A stretch of DNA of 64,000 bases. It comes from Candidatus Thorarchaeota archaeon (GTDB taxonomy: Archaea; Asgardarchaeota; Thorarchaeia; Thorarchaeales; Thorarchaeaceae). Of the stretch, positions 49,676 through 60,000 are shown piece by piece. A program made the position numbers and the translations under genes. The notes beneath the pieces were generated by a model. The model had not been told where the DNA came from, made no database searches, and saw only the letters and a list, made by a program, of their open reading frames with translations. The first letter of the stretch is position 1; every line of letters starts with the position of its first letter. The DNA lies in NCBI GenBank assembly GCA_048884785.1, contig JBHLQM010000001.1:18476-82475 (forward strand), in the 5' to 3' direction.

Positions 49676-50752
49676 TTGTATGGTTGGCACGCCCAGGGGA
49701 TGCATATGTCGGTAAGTAAAATAAGATACTTCACACCTGCGTTATTCTTTGTCGTGATCGGTGGTGCAGCGGCATTCATAATCTACCTTTCAACAAGCCA
49801 TAGCCCGCCTGTGGACTTCCTTTCCTTGACAGGAATCCCTATGCAGAATCTCATTATGATTATTCTTGGAGCTTCAATTCCTGTTTTGATACTTGAATAC
49901 CTGATCTTTGCAATACCCTTGGCAGGTGGTTTTCTGTTCATAAATCGAGTAATCAAAGCTGCATCCTATGAAATGAACATAATGAATATTGGACGAGAAT
50001 TCAGCGGTAGGCATATGATAAGAAGAACAGCCGCTCCAGCATTATTCAGTGTTGCATTCTCAAACAACCAAATGATACGGAACTTCATACTGGGCTTTGT
50101 GACGATAACCATACCAGACGAGTACCAATTCATGCCTGAGGCTACGTTGGCGTTGATGAGCGCACTTGTCTTCATGCCAATCGCTCTGTTGATATTCATG
50201 CCAACCTGGGTCCTGAATGATTCAGGAATTGTGACACATCTTAAGGAAAATAAGCTGAGTGTGAGACAATGCCCTGACACACAGGGAGTTGGCCGGTGGG
50301 TCAGTGCTATATTTGGTGGATATGCTCTAATTGCTTTTCCAATCAACATGTTTACTACTCATTTCTATGAACCGTACGTTATTCCAAGTCTGATACCAAC
50401 TGCAGTGGATCTGGTGAATATATTTCTGCTGACTATAGGCTTGCCACTGTTTGTTATGGCATTCATCCTGCCAGTTGTGGCATTTAATGAAAGATCACAA
50501 AGAAGAGTCAGACTTCGAATTGCAGCAATTGCCACAAGGCTTGGAGCCAACATCATCAGAAGAGAGAGAATCGAGAAAGCCCAGAGGATAGTGAGAGAAG
50601 GTATTCTGACGGAAGAGGCTGGAAGGGAGATCGTATCATCAGCAAAAATCATGAATGTTGCTAGAAATGAGAAGAAAGAGAAAGAAATCGTATCCAGCAG
50701 GAAAACTATCTCAAAGAAAACTACCAAGATAAAGAAGAAAAAGAAGAAATAG
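49676..50752 (+). CDS. Polytopic membrane protein with Lys-rich cytoplasmic tail
   Basis: About 6 hydrophobic helices; C-terminal KKTTKIKKKKKK. Confidence 0.8.
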   Translation: MYGWHAQGMHMSVSKIRYFTPALFFVVIGGAAAFIIYLSTSHSPPVDFLSLTGIPMQNLIMIILGASIPVLILEYLIFAIPLAGGFLFINRVIKAASYEMNIMNIGREFSGRHMIRRTAAPALFSVAFSNNQMIRNFILGFVTITIPDEYQFMPEATLALMSALVFMPIALLIFMPTWVLNDSGIVTHLKENKLSVRQCPDTQGVGRWVSAIFGGYALIAFPINMFTTHFYEPYVIPSLIPTAVDLVNIFLLTIGLPLFVMAFILPVVAFNERSQRRVRLRIAAIATRLGANIIRRERIEKAQRIVREGILTEEAGREIVSSAKIMNVARNEKKEKEIVSSRKTISKKTTKIKKKKKK

Positions 50753-50842
50753 GTGAAGCTTACGTTTCTCTTCGCGTAATCCTTAAGACCTCCCATGTCT
50801 CAGGTGTTTTAAGCTTGCAAGGGCTAGGAGAATGCATACACA

Positions 50843-51550
50843 TTGATGGAAGATAGGAGGTCGGGAGGGCCGACCTATGCTGAGGAGCCCTCTTTAATTT
50901 ACAAGATAGCAAAATACTGGATTCACGGATTGGCTTATTCGTTCCTCATGGGATTTATCACAATAGGTTTGCTCTTTGCCATTGTGTTTCTCTTGATTAT
51001 CGCTTCAATTATCGGGATCATAATTGGATTTGCCTTGATTTTTCTTGCAATCGGCTGGCTGAACAAGACTATCACAGGCTACATATGGAAGATAGAATGC
51101 AGAGGAGGGTGGCAGAGCCTCTTGGGCCATGGGTTGATGCTATTCGTGGCACTGCTGATTGTATCTCTACCGTTGATATTTGTGTCATACTATATCTACT
51201 CGAACTTCTTTGTTGGGATTATCTTTGATTATGGTATTCTTGCAATAGTGAATGGTGTAATTGCCAAGGCTGTGGCGACATACTTCCAAGAAAAAGCTGC
51301 AATTTATGGATATACTCCAGGGACAAAAGGGGGAAGAACTCCGGCAAGCCCAATGACAACATGTCCTTACTGCAATGCTGTATTTCCATATCGAGAGATT
51401 GACTTGAGCATTGAGGGAACCGCTCCATGCAGAACATGCGGGGCTATTATTCAAGACCCTCGATATGCCCCAGGGGGCCCAAGAAGACCTGGCCTACCAA
51501 GAGATCAAGGTCCGGGACCCGGAGATACAGGCCCTTCAGAGTGGGGGTAA
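50843..51550 (+). CDS. Membrane protein with C-terminal zinc ribbon and Gly/Pro tail
   Basis: About 4 TM helices; CPYC...CRTC; PGGPRRPG tail. Confidence 0.82.
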   Translation: MMEDRRSGGPTYAEEPSLIYKIAKYWIHGLAYSFLMGFITIGLLFAIVFLLIIASIIGIIIGFALIFLAIGWLNKTITGYIWKIECRGGWQSLLGHGLMLFVALLIVSLPLIFVSYYIYSNFFVGIIFDYGILAIVNGVIAKAVATYFQEKAAIYGYTPGTKGGRTPASPMTTCPYCNAVFPYREIDLSIEGTAPCRTCGAIIQDPRYAPGGPRRPGLPRDQGPGPGDTGPSEWG

Positions 51551-51580
51551 ATACTGCATGAGATAGTGTAGTCATGATGG

Positions 51581-52135
51581 CTACACTATGTCCTTTGTCA
51601 CATATCCCTGAGATATCTCTCCCCAATCTAGAAATCTGAGTTGAAACCATCTATGAAAGGCTGATGCTCTTATACTGAGGAGATGGGAAAAGAAGAGTGT
51701 GATGACAATTCCATGGCTGACTACCAAGGCTCGTCGTGATTCCTTCTTTGAGATATCCTCGATTGCCGATTGAAACCGTTTTAGTGCCAAACTAGGATCT
51801 TCCCATCCAACTACGAGAATTGGCGGAAATGATAGAATTTGTTCAACCAGCGAATGATAGTTTGTGAAAGAATCAGTGGATCCTGTTCCCCGATTCAATT
51901 CATCAAGTCTGGAATCTGTATTAATGTCAAGGTTCAATCTCTCAGCTATGGGTCTGGCTGTTTCAATCGCTTTGCATTCAGTCGATGAATAGATGGATGA
52001 AACGTTATCAAAAACACCTGATTCTGCGACAGCTCTTGCTGAAGCCATGCCAGCTTCTGACAGTGCCCAATTTCTTGTCGGAATGGACAACTCTAACATT
52101 GTTTCGGCATGCCGAAGAATAGCCAGTGAAGCCAG
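51581..52135 (-). CDS. Histidine phosphatase (phosphoglycerate mutase) family protein
   Basis: Catalytic LRHAE lies upstream of the first ATG (52099); also YSS...KAIETA, LDELNRG, LVVSHG. Start placed at CTG 52135 after GGTGA. Confidence 0.8.
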   Translation of the reverse strand: MASLAILRHAETMLELSIPTRNWALSEAGMASARAVAESGVFDNVSSIYSSTECKAIETARPIAERLNLDINTDSRLDELNRGTGSTDSFTNYHSLVEQILSFPPILVVGWEDPSLALKRFQSAIEDISKKESRRALVVSHGIVITLFFSHLLSIRASAFHRWFQLRFLDWGEISQGYVTKDIV

Positions 52136-52169
52136 TTTGAATCACCTGCTGAGAATCCTCATGAAACAC

Positions 52170-52643
52170 CTACCTACGTTTCATTAAAATCAAGATTACT
52201 AAGATGACAATAATCACGGGAACAACTGCAGCTATTAGAAGCCAGGTAGAGCTTGATCCATTGACAGGAGTCGTATTAGATGTTGTACCTCCTGGAACGG
52301 TGAGTTCCTCAGTAACAGAACCGGTTATGCTGCATGTTGCAGTCACTTTTAAGACATCTCCGCCTGCAGCCTCTATTGTGAATGTATCGTCCATACCGGA
52401 ATTCGTTTCCTGAGGCGGTTCGTATAGTCGTATAATCTGTGAAACATCATTCTTCCATACCTGAATCTGTGCAACACGATGGTCGCCTGTTACAACATGA
52501 GTCACTTGAACCGTGAGAGTATCGGTTTCAGTATTGTAGCTTAAAGTCATTGGTCCAGGTGCATGTGCCTGCACCGGCATCTGGAAAGATGCAAACAGCA
52601 TTAGCAATACGACAAAAAGAAGAAGCTTGCGCACTTCTCTCAT
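52170..52643 (-). CDS. Secreted, C-terminally anchored small beta-sandwich protein with N-terminal His
   Basis: GGAGG SD then MREVRKLLLF signal, VQA|HAPG; H..H..C residues; Thr/Ser linker, TM, KRR. Confidence 0.78.
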   Translation of the reverse strand: MREVRKLLLFVVLLMLFASFQMPVQAHAPGPMTLSYNTETDTLTVQVTHVVTGDHRVAQIQVWKNDVSQIIRLYEPPQETNSGMDDTFTIEAAGGDVLKVTATCSITGSVTEELTVPGGTTSNTTPVNGSSSTWLLIAAVVPVIIVILVILILMKRR

Positions 52644-52717
52644 TTGGTAGCCTCCTAGAGTATATCCAATGTTGGAACGATGCACAGGAGTAATATGAGT
52701 CTTTCCGCGAATTGCTT

Positions 52718-53500
52718 CTATGTGTGCATATTCCTGCTGAACCAATTAGTAACATCCTGAGTCGTTTCCCGCTTTGCAATGGAATTACTCAATATGTGAT
52801 CCCCACCCACAACAACCTTGAACGTCTTAGGCTCACCTGCTCTCAAGAACAGGGCTTCTACACCGGCTAGATCTATACTCTCATCTTGATCTCCTGTTGT
52901 GATGTAGAGGGGCTTTGGAGAGATTTTATGAATCTCATTCCATGGATTGAAGTTCTTGGAGTCAGACCTTAAGCGTTCAAGCATCTTAGCTCGCGTTGAC
53001 CTATCTTGAATTCCATGCCATGAATCCTTGAGGATGTTGGATGCATCTTCAAGGTGTTCTTTGAATGCAGACAGTGAGGCAAATTGTTCAGTGTTGTAGA
53101 CCGGTGCTCTAAGGCAAACTGCAGATATTCTATCATCCCTTGCCGCAGCGCAAACGGCAACTGCTGCACCAAAGCTAGCTCCATAAACTCCAACCCACCC
53201 ACGCAAGAGCATATGATTCTCAAGAAGGTGGTCTACTGACATCTTGGCATCTTCAATACAGCCTGAGAGAGAAAAGAGTCCTTCACTGCGCCTAAATCCT
53301 CGAAAGTCAAATGTAAGCACAATGAACCCGGCTTTTGCTAAGTCGGTTGCTATTCCAGATACCTGATCAGGTCCCCCTGGAAGACCATGGAACTTGCAGA
53401 TGCCTGGAAATGGTCCTTCGCCTATAGGCATAACAAAATCACCACGAATGACCGACTCTTCTGATTCGAATTCTGTAGGAACTACTCGAACATCATGCAT
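52718..53500 (-). CDS. Alpha/beta-fold hydrolase
   Basis: HGLPG, FDFRGFRRSEG, nucleophile elbow GASFG, GDQD, GGDH. Start at MHDVRV. Confidence 0.88.
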   Translation of the reverse strand: MHDVRVVPTEFESEESVIRGDFVMPIGEGPFPGICKFHGLPGGPDQVSGIATDLAKAGFIVLTFDFRGFRRSEGLFSLSGCIEDAKMSVDHLLENHMLLRGWVGVYGASFGAAVAVCAAARDDRISAVCLRAPVYNTEQFASLSAFKEHLEDASNILKDSWHGIQDRSTRAKMLERLRSDSKNFNPWNEIHKISPKPLYITTGDQDESIDLAGVEALFLRAGEPKTFKVVVGGDHILSNSIAKRETTQDVTNWFSRNMHT

Positions 53501-53585
53501 CTGGTTGGCACCCCGATTGCACACATGGATACACATGGAAATGAAGGACTTGGCTTTTGCAGGCCAAGTCCAGTATTTTTTGGTT

Positions 53586-55637
53586 CTATGCAGCCTTGCT
53601 ACCTGGGGGCACGCCCTCCAAGATAACAGGCACCCATTGTCCAGGTTGATCCGCTTTTTCAACAGCAATTATCATACCCTTGCTCTCGATACCACCAATG
53701 TTCTTTGGTTCTAGGTTCGTCAAGAATAGGGCAGTCAAGCCTTTCAATTCCTCTGGTTTAAACAGATGGGCAAGCCCGGTGACCATAGTCCTTTTTTCAG
53801 TTCCTAAATCCACTGTAATAAGAAGAAGCCGATCCTTCTTCGGAACTCTCTCACATTCAATGATCTTGCCCGCTCTGAAGTCCAGTTTCTTGAAATAGTC
53901 ATAGGATACTAATTCCTCTTCCACTACTTCTTCACCTCTCTGCTTTGCTTCTGCAGCCTGTATTCGATGGTCTATGTTCTTCTTAAGTTCTTTAAGAAGG
54001 TCGTCATCAATCTTTGTGATTACTGGCTCTGGATCTCCAATTGCAGAACCCACCTTCGGAAAGACAAGTGCCTCTTCAAGGATAGCATCATGTATAGTTG
54101 GACCATCGTATCCAAGCTGTTCCCAGATGGCTTCAGCGACATTTGGCATAATTGGATCAATCAACACCGCAAGAGCCTTTGCAAGAACCAATGCATTGTA
54201 GAGAACGTGTGCAGCTTTTGCCTTGTCTTCTTTTACAAGCTGCCATGGTGCATTGCTTTGGAAATACTCATTCCCTACAGATGCCAAGCGAAGAATCTCA
54301 TCAGACACCTTCTTCAATTCATATTCGTTGGTAGCGTCTATGATTGATTCAATGCTCTGCTTGATTTCATTGACTAGCTTTTCGTCTGGCTTGCCATCAG
54401 GAACTTTCCCAAAGTGCTTCTTTGTGAAATGTAGGGCTCTATATACAAAGTTGCCAAGCGTTCCTACGAGTTCTGTGTTCACTTTATCAGCAAAGGCATC
54501 AAAGGAGAAATCCAGGTCTCTAGTATGGCCTGTGAAGGATACCATATAGTACCTTAGATAATCCGGATTAAGTCCCTTGTCGAGATAATCATCTTTTATC
54601 CAAACGACGTATCCTCTGCTCCTGCTGAAGTTATGACCCCGAATCTTCACCATTCCTGATGCAACAATAGCGAACGGAAGATTGTATCCACTACCCTTTA
54701 GCATCGAAGGCCAGAATATGCAATGATGGTATACAATGTCCTGCCCAATGAAATGGACCAGCCTGCCATCACCAGGTTTCCAGACCCGCTCCCACGCCTT
54801 TGGTTTGCCAGTCTTCTTGGCCCACTGTTCAGTACTCGACATGTAGTGGATAGGTGCATCAACCCATACATAGATGGTAAGACTTGGGTCATCCGGAAAC
54901 TTGATTCCCCATTCAAGGTCTCGAGTTATGTTCCAATCCTTTAGACCCTCATTCACCCAACCAAGGGCATAGTTCTTCGCGTTCTTTGTCCCATCGACAT
55001 CCTGCAAATACTTCTTGAGAAAGTCCTCAAATGCTGTCAATTTGAAGTAATAGTGCTCCCTTGTTACTAATCGAGTTGGTGAGCCACAAATGGCACATCT
55101 GGGATTTAGTATCTCTCCTGGTTCGAGATATCGTCCACATCCTTGGTCACACTCATCGCCTCGAGCATCTGATGCGCAATACGGGCATTCACCTCGTACA
55201 AATCTATCAGGTAGTGAACGATTGCAATTATCGCAGTACGGGGTTTCGAGCTCCTTCGGATAGATATACCCATTCTTCTTCAACTCTTTCACTATCTGAA
55301 TGGTCCTGTTCCTGTTTTCAGGATCATCAGTCGTGCCATAGTTGTCGAAATTGATTCCCAATTTTGGGAATGTTTCGAGGTAGAACTTGTGATACTTGGT
55401 ATAGAGCTCTTTGGGACTTACGCCAGCGGCCTCCGCAGATGTTAGAATGGGAGTTCCATGTGTGTCGGATCCGCAGATGAAAGTGACGTCCACTCGCATT
55501 TTCTTTAGGAGTCTGACGAAGACATCGGCTGGGACATATGTCCGAAGGTGACCGATGTGCATCTCGCCTGAGGCATATGGTAGTCCGCAAGTCACAAGCA
55601 CTGGTTTATCTGTTGGATAGTTCCTCAGTTTTGTCAC
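53586..55637 (-). CDS. metG: Methionyl-tRNA synthetase with C-terminal tRNA-binding domain
   Basis: LPY, HIGH, GSDTHG, Zn knuckles, YVWVDAP, KMSKS-equivalent NFSRS, C-terminal Trbp111-like OB fold. Confidence 0.97.
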   Translation of the reverse strand: MTKLRNYPTDKPVLVTCGLPYASGEMHIGHLRTYVPADVFVRLLKKMRVDVTFICGSDTHGTPILTSAEAAGVSPKELYTKYHKFYLETFPKLGINFDNYGTTDDPENRNRTIQIVKELKKNGYIYPKELETPYCDNCNRSLPDRFVRGECPYCASDARGDECDQGCGRYLEPGEILNPRCAICGSPTRLVTREHYYFKLTAFEDFLKKYLQDVDGTKNAKNYALGWVNEGLKDWNITRDLEWGIKFPDDPSLTIYVWVDAPIHYMSSTEQWAKKTGKPKAWERVWKPGDGRLVHFIGQDIVYHHCIFWPSMLKGSGYNLPFAIVASGMVKIRGHNFSRSRGYVVWIKDDYLDKGLNPDYLRYYMVSFTGHTRDLDFSFDAFADKVNTELVGTLGNFVYRALHFTKKHFGKVPDGKPDEKLVNEIKQSIESIIDATNEYELKKVSDEILRLASVGNEYFQSNAPWQLVKEDKAKAAHVLYNALVLAKALAVLIDPIMPNVAEAIWEQLGYDGPTIHDAILEEALVFPKVGSAIGDPEPVITKIDDDLLKELKKNIDHRIQAAEAKQRGEEVVEEELVSYDYFKKLDFRAGKIIECERVPKKDRLLLITVDLGTEKRTMVTGLAHLFKPEELKGLTALFLTNLEPKNIGGIESKGMIIAVEKADQPGQWVPVILEGVPPGSKAA

Positions 55638-56067
55638 ACTCCTAACATTCTAAGTTATTGGCAGCAAAAGCGTAGTTTCCTCTGAAGAGGGTGATTATAC
55701 AAAAGGGAAGTAGATTCTGCAGGCGGCCTAATATCAACCCGTTTGTTTGAACACGTGTTCTTTTCGTTCCTCTCGTGAAGCTTTCTTTCCCGCCTTAGAA
55801 TGATAGTCGCGATTAAGCTTTCTTTTGATATAACTGTAACGATAGACAGGGGCCTACCTTTTCAACTCTGTTGGTGAAATACACGTGCTCCAATGGGTAT
55901 TTAGAAAAACACCGTTGCGATTTCCCAGGATGAAAAACATTCGAAACATTTGCCATAGGTAACTCAAGTTATGAGAAGCTTTACCGTGAAACAAGCCCTC
56001 CTTTCCATAATGCACATGTCGAAGTAGGCACGAATTTTTAAGAGATGGAAGACCGTTCAAATCCATA

Positions 56068-56319
56068 ATGCCGGAATCCAAGCAAACAAGCAATAGACGA
56101 AAGCTCGGACTGTTCATCTTGTTCGTCGAGATAGCATTTGCGGCCGCATCAGTCGTTGTTGCGATTGGTCAAGGTTGGGATCAAGTCAGTCAACCTTTGC
56201 AGGTTTTTGTGTTATTCATTATAGGAACAATCTTCGTTCTACTCTATGAAGAGCTTTGGAATGATTATGAAGAAAAAAAGAGAGAACATCCCGGAGCCTA
56301 TCCTGAGTTCAAGACATAG
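56068..56319 (+). CDS. Small two-TM membrane protein
   Basis: 83 aa with two hydrophobic helices. Confidence 0.72.
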   Translation: MPESKQTSNRRKLGLFILFVEIAFAAASVVVAIGQGWDQVSQPLQVFVLFIIGTIFVLLYEELWNDYEEKKREHPGAYPEFKT

Positions 56320-56517
56320 ATGATTGTAGAAAGCATCAAGCAGAGGGTCGACATGAAAACATCAGAGAGAGAACTATGATTTAGAAGCATCAGAAGAAAG
56401 CGTCCTATAGACCTTTGGCGGAGTCTTGTTCTTGTGTTTCCGTAGGATCGTTTTCGTTCCCTTTGTACTTCCAAGTCTCGTTCCAGTCATCTTCATCATT
56501 CCATTCAAGCGAAAGGG

Positions 56518-56610
56518 TGTGGGGGTCAGCAGAGCCGCCCCCACTGCGTCTCAGTTTGCCGGGAGGTGCACACGGAGCCGCGAATGTAGACCTCATTTCA
56601 ATAAATGAGG
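56518..56610 (-). ncRNA. Candidate structured RNA element (three tandem hairpins)
   Basis: GC-rich relative to the flanks; CCTCATTT/AAATGAGG, GCGGCTC..TGC/GCA..GAGACGC, GTGGGGGCGGC/GCTGACCCCCAC. Confidence 0.4.
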
Positions 56611-56620
56611 AGCATAAATT

Positions 56621-56773
56621 CTAGGAACTCGCATATAGTACACGAAGACTGCGCGCATCATCATCGGTTGGATCACGGTCACTATCCAGAAGTCCATAGA
56701 GGACATGAAGTACTTCGGCATTTTTCTGAAGTGTTGATGATGTGTGTGTTGCATTGCCAGATTGTTCGGTCAT
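56621..56773 (-). CDS. 50-aa hypothetical micro-protein (not in ORF track)
   Basis: ATG after GGAGTG; MTEQSGNATHTSSTLQKNAEVLHVLYGLLDSDRDPTDDDARSLRVLYASS; TTTAAATA box upstream. Confidence 0.6.
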   Translation of the reverse strand: MTEQSGNATHTSSTLQKNAEVLHVLYGLLDSDRDPTDDDARSLRVLYASS

Positions 56774-56857
56774 CGTTCGCCACTCCGCTTATTCTAAGAC
56801 GCTTCGAGGTTGTTCCAATTTGCGTGGTACAACTCACCTCTACTTCCACTGAGATTC

Positions 56858-56865
56858 TATTTAAA
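56858..56865 (-). promoter_or_regulatory. Candidate archaeal TATA box
   Basis: TTTAAATA on the - strand, about 85 nt upstream of the 50-aa ORF. Confidence 0.45.
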
Positions 56866-57020
56866 GCTACATAGCTAAGACTCAGGTATTCAGGTGATAC
56901 ACAGGTAATACGCAGATATCCACTGGAGAATATGTTTACAGAATGGCTGGAGAATGCAGGAGAATGAGGTTCTAAGGACCTTCGAAAAGTGGTTCCACAG
57001 GAAGAATAGGGGAGAGGGGG

Positions 57021-60000
57021 TTATTCCACACTCTTGTTGTTCTTGTTGTTCTCATCAATCATCTGCAAAAAGCCAGCCTCCATTGCAGCCATGATTAAAT
57101 AGTAGGTTTTTGCTTCTTCCATTCCAAGTTTTTGAAGACCACGTGACAACTCTGAGAGATGGAACTGGTCGCCACACCCTTCAACTGCCCTAGCTTCCTC
57201 TAGAGGTCTGTATTTTCTTGGAAGACTCTTTTTGTTGATCAAAGAATGCAGTTTCAGAAGCCCTGCATCAAGATGTTTGTCAAACATCTTATCAACCCAC
57301 ATAGCCGTTTTATCATGCCTAAAAGCTGTTGGTGGCTCCTGCATCTCATCATCAAGCTTCATACCAACAGTTCTCGAGAAAATCAACATATTAGCTTCCT
57401 GAATTAGCGAGGGGGATGTGAGGGTCACAAATGCGCAGATCAGGTTCTTGGTCTCAACAGCCCTGATGATATCTGAGATAGGAGTTATACGCCACTCCGA
57501 TCCACCTTCACCATTGTGTTCAAACTCGCCTCGGAAATGCGTCACAGCACTGATGAAGGCTGAGAGCATCCCTTCTTCAAATCCGCCCTTCAGAATCTTC
57601 GAGTAAAATGGAAGGCCACTCTTCTTATGTAGAATGAGCATCCCAAGGAGATTATTGGCATCATCGAATCTGGATTTTACTTCCACAGCTTCCATCCAGA
57701 GCTTGGCTTCACGTTTTCGCCGGACCCGAACAACGGAGCCAAGTAGTATCAGTGTGGCAGCAACTCCAATTGCAGGGTAGCCATAGGTTATGAGAAATAG
57801 CTCTGCTTCTCTCACAGGATTTGTTACGCCATTGACCTGAATAGAAGTGGGGCTAGCATAGAAGTTATTCTTGTCAATCTCTATGAGAACATACATCTCT
57901 GTACTATCAGCCCATAGGTTGGTCGACCCAAGTGTGCCATTATATGTCCCTGCACCTACATAAATAAGCAACCATTCTGCTAGGGGCGTTGTACCGAGGT
58001 AGAGTGTACAAGTGACCAGTGCATCAGTTATTAGTAGATGCGTGTCTTCCTCCATTAATCTGATGCTTACAGTAAGCGGATCACCCTTTAGCCATGTTAT
58101 GGCGCTATAGTTAATCGCAATTGGAATTTGAGAGACCTCGAATGACAGCTCACCAATTTTACGTTGAAATCCATCTTTTGAGAATTCTATCTCAACTGTA
58201 TAGGGACCAAAATCCAAGGGAGTTAAACTGACATTGTAAATGCCGTCCCCAATATCCTCCCAAGTAATCCATTCGGATCCTCCACGACTGGCCTGCAATT
58301 GAGCACCAGATATTCCCGTTCCATTGCTCTCGAATGTATAATTGAAAATACTCCAATATGTCCGTCCGTAGTAACATATCAACTCATCTGCTTCACTCAA
58401 TACTGTGCTTACTGATTTGAGAGTAAAAGTGAGAGAGAGTTCTCTCTGCAAATAATCAGTCTTGTTGGCAATAAGAGTGAATGACCATGATCCGATAAAT
58501 TCACCAGAAAGAAGCAAAACATAATGGTCATCTTCTGATATAACAGAGCCAATGAAGCCTTCATGGTCATCCACTAGAAATAGAAAATCTGCACCAACTA
58601 CACTTGATATTGGTTCTCCAAGCAAATTAAGGCGCTGGTAAAGAAGGGTCACTCTAAGAGTCTGTCCAAACTGTGTGGAATACTCCGATAATGGGGTCTC
58701 AATGGAGAGCCGTGTTGGAATCCGAACAACTGAAAGTGAGAACGTGGTTGTTGCATCATTATGATTATCGAGATGAGCTCTGAACCTGATTTGGAAATCA
58801 CCCAATTTGGAAGGCGTTATATTCACACGGTATTGACCAGTTCCTAGATATGTTACTGAGGAAATTGATATTCCTTCAGGCAGGCTTGGATAGCTTATTG
58901 TGGCACCGCCAAGTCCAACAAGAGACTCATTTGTGAATGTAAGTGTAACTATACATTGCGCATCTATGGCAATGATTTCAGATGATGCCTGCAATGTCAA
59001 TTCTGTTGGGATGAATGTGGAAGTAATTGTGAACGAATAGAATTGGGCTTCATGATTGATCGCAACTGCTTCGATGAGGACTGTATACGCACCAGTGGCT
59101 TGAGGAGTCAGAATTAGTGAGTAATCTCCGTTCCCCATATCTACAACTGAACCATATGCTAAGCCAGTTTCAGGTGACACACTAACAACAGATACACTAG
59201 CCCCTGAAAGCCCTGCTCCCGTAAGATTCTCATACTGGACAACTAAGCGGTAGGATTCGCCATAGCGAACTATGCCTGCGGTACCATTCAGTGATGTAAG
59301 CGATGAACCATATTCTCCAACGATCAGAATGAAAGCGTCCTCGGCATCCTCATAGAAGGGTTTTGAAGAAGTTATCTTTATTGCATAATTACCTGATACA
59401 TTGGCCACGAAATCCAGTTCATAATTTCCTAGACCAAGTTCATTAATCGAAGACCATGAAAGCCCATTCGATGGACCAGTATAAGATATATCGAAATCTG
59501 AGTTCTCGATACCAACTCCATAGCGATCTGTAAAATTGAATGTGGCGGTAAGAGGACTTTGCAGGTAGGCTTCAGCTGCAGTAGCAGTAACCTGAACATT
59601 ATTATCTGGAGCAATCACCTGGATGACAAAACTTGTTGACGCTTGGTCATAATATTGTGAAGATGCATTCACTATTACAACGTGTTCTCCAGGGAGAAGA
59701 ATGGAAGTGTCAAAGGTGCCCTCCCACCAATTCTGAATGAGATTGGGGATGAAGGTAATAGCATATTCTGACCAGTTTGCCAGGATGGATGCTGCGGGAT
59801 CCATTATGAATTTATTAGATTCAATATCTCTAAAACGAACAGCATTGGTGACTACTCCGCCACCCTCTGTTTCTATAAGGGAATTCACTACCACTAATTC
59901 TGATTGATGGTGAACCTCAAAGTTCACCTCTCCAAAAGCAACCTCAGTTCCATTATTCCAGATTGCGGCAAGCGTCCACGTTCCGGCCGTGGTGTTGGAA

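Noticed and set aside
55734-56117. 87-aa - strand ORF with an open frame continuing past its TAG (possible Pyl readthrough)
   Set aside because: No recognisable protein on either side of the stop, it overlaps a better-supported + strand gene, and the window shows no pyl genes.
56545-56560. GGCAAAC...GACGCA resembling a c-di-GMP-I riboswitch, and a CGAAUG reminiscent of HDV-like ribozymes on the + strand
   Set aside because: The GNRA-capped stem and second domain of the riboswitch are absent, and the nested HDV pairings could not be formed.
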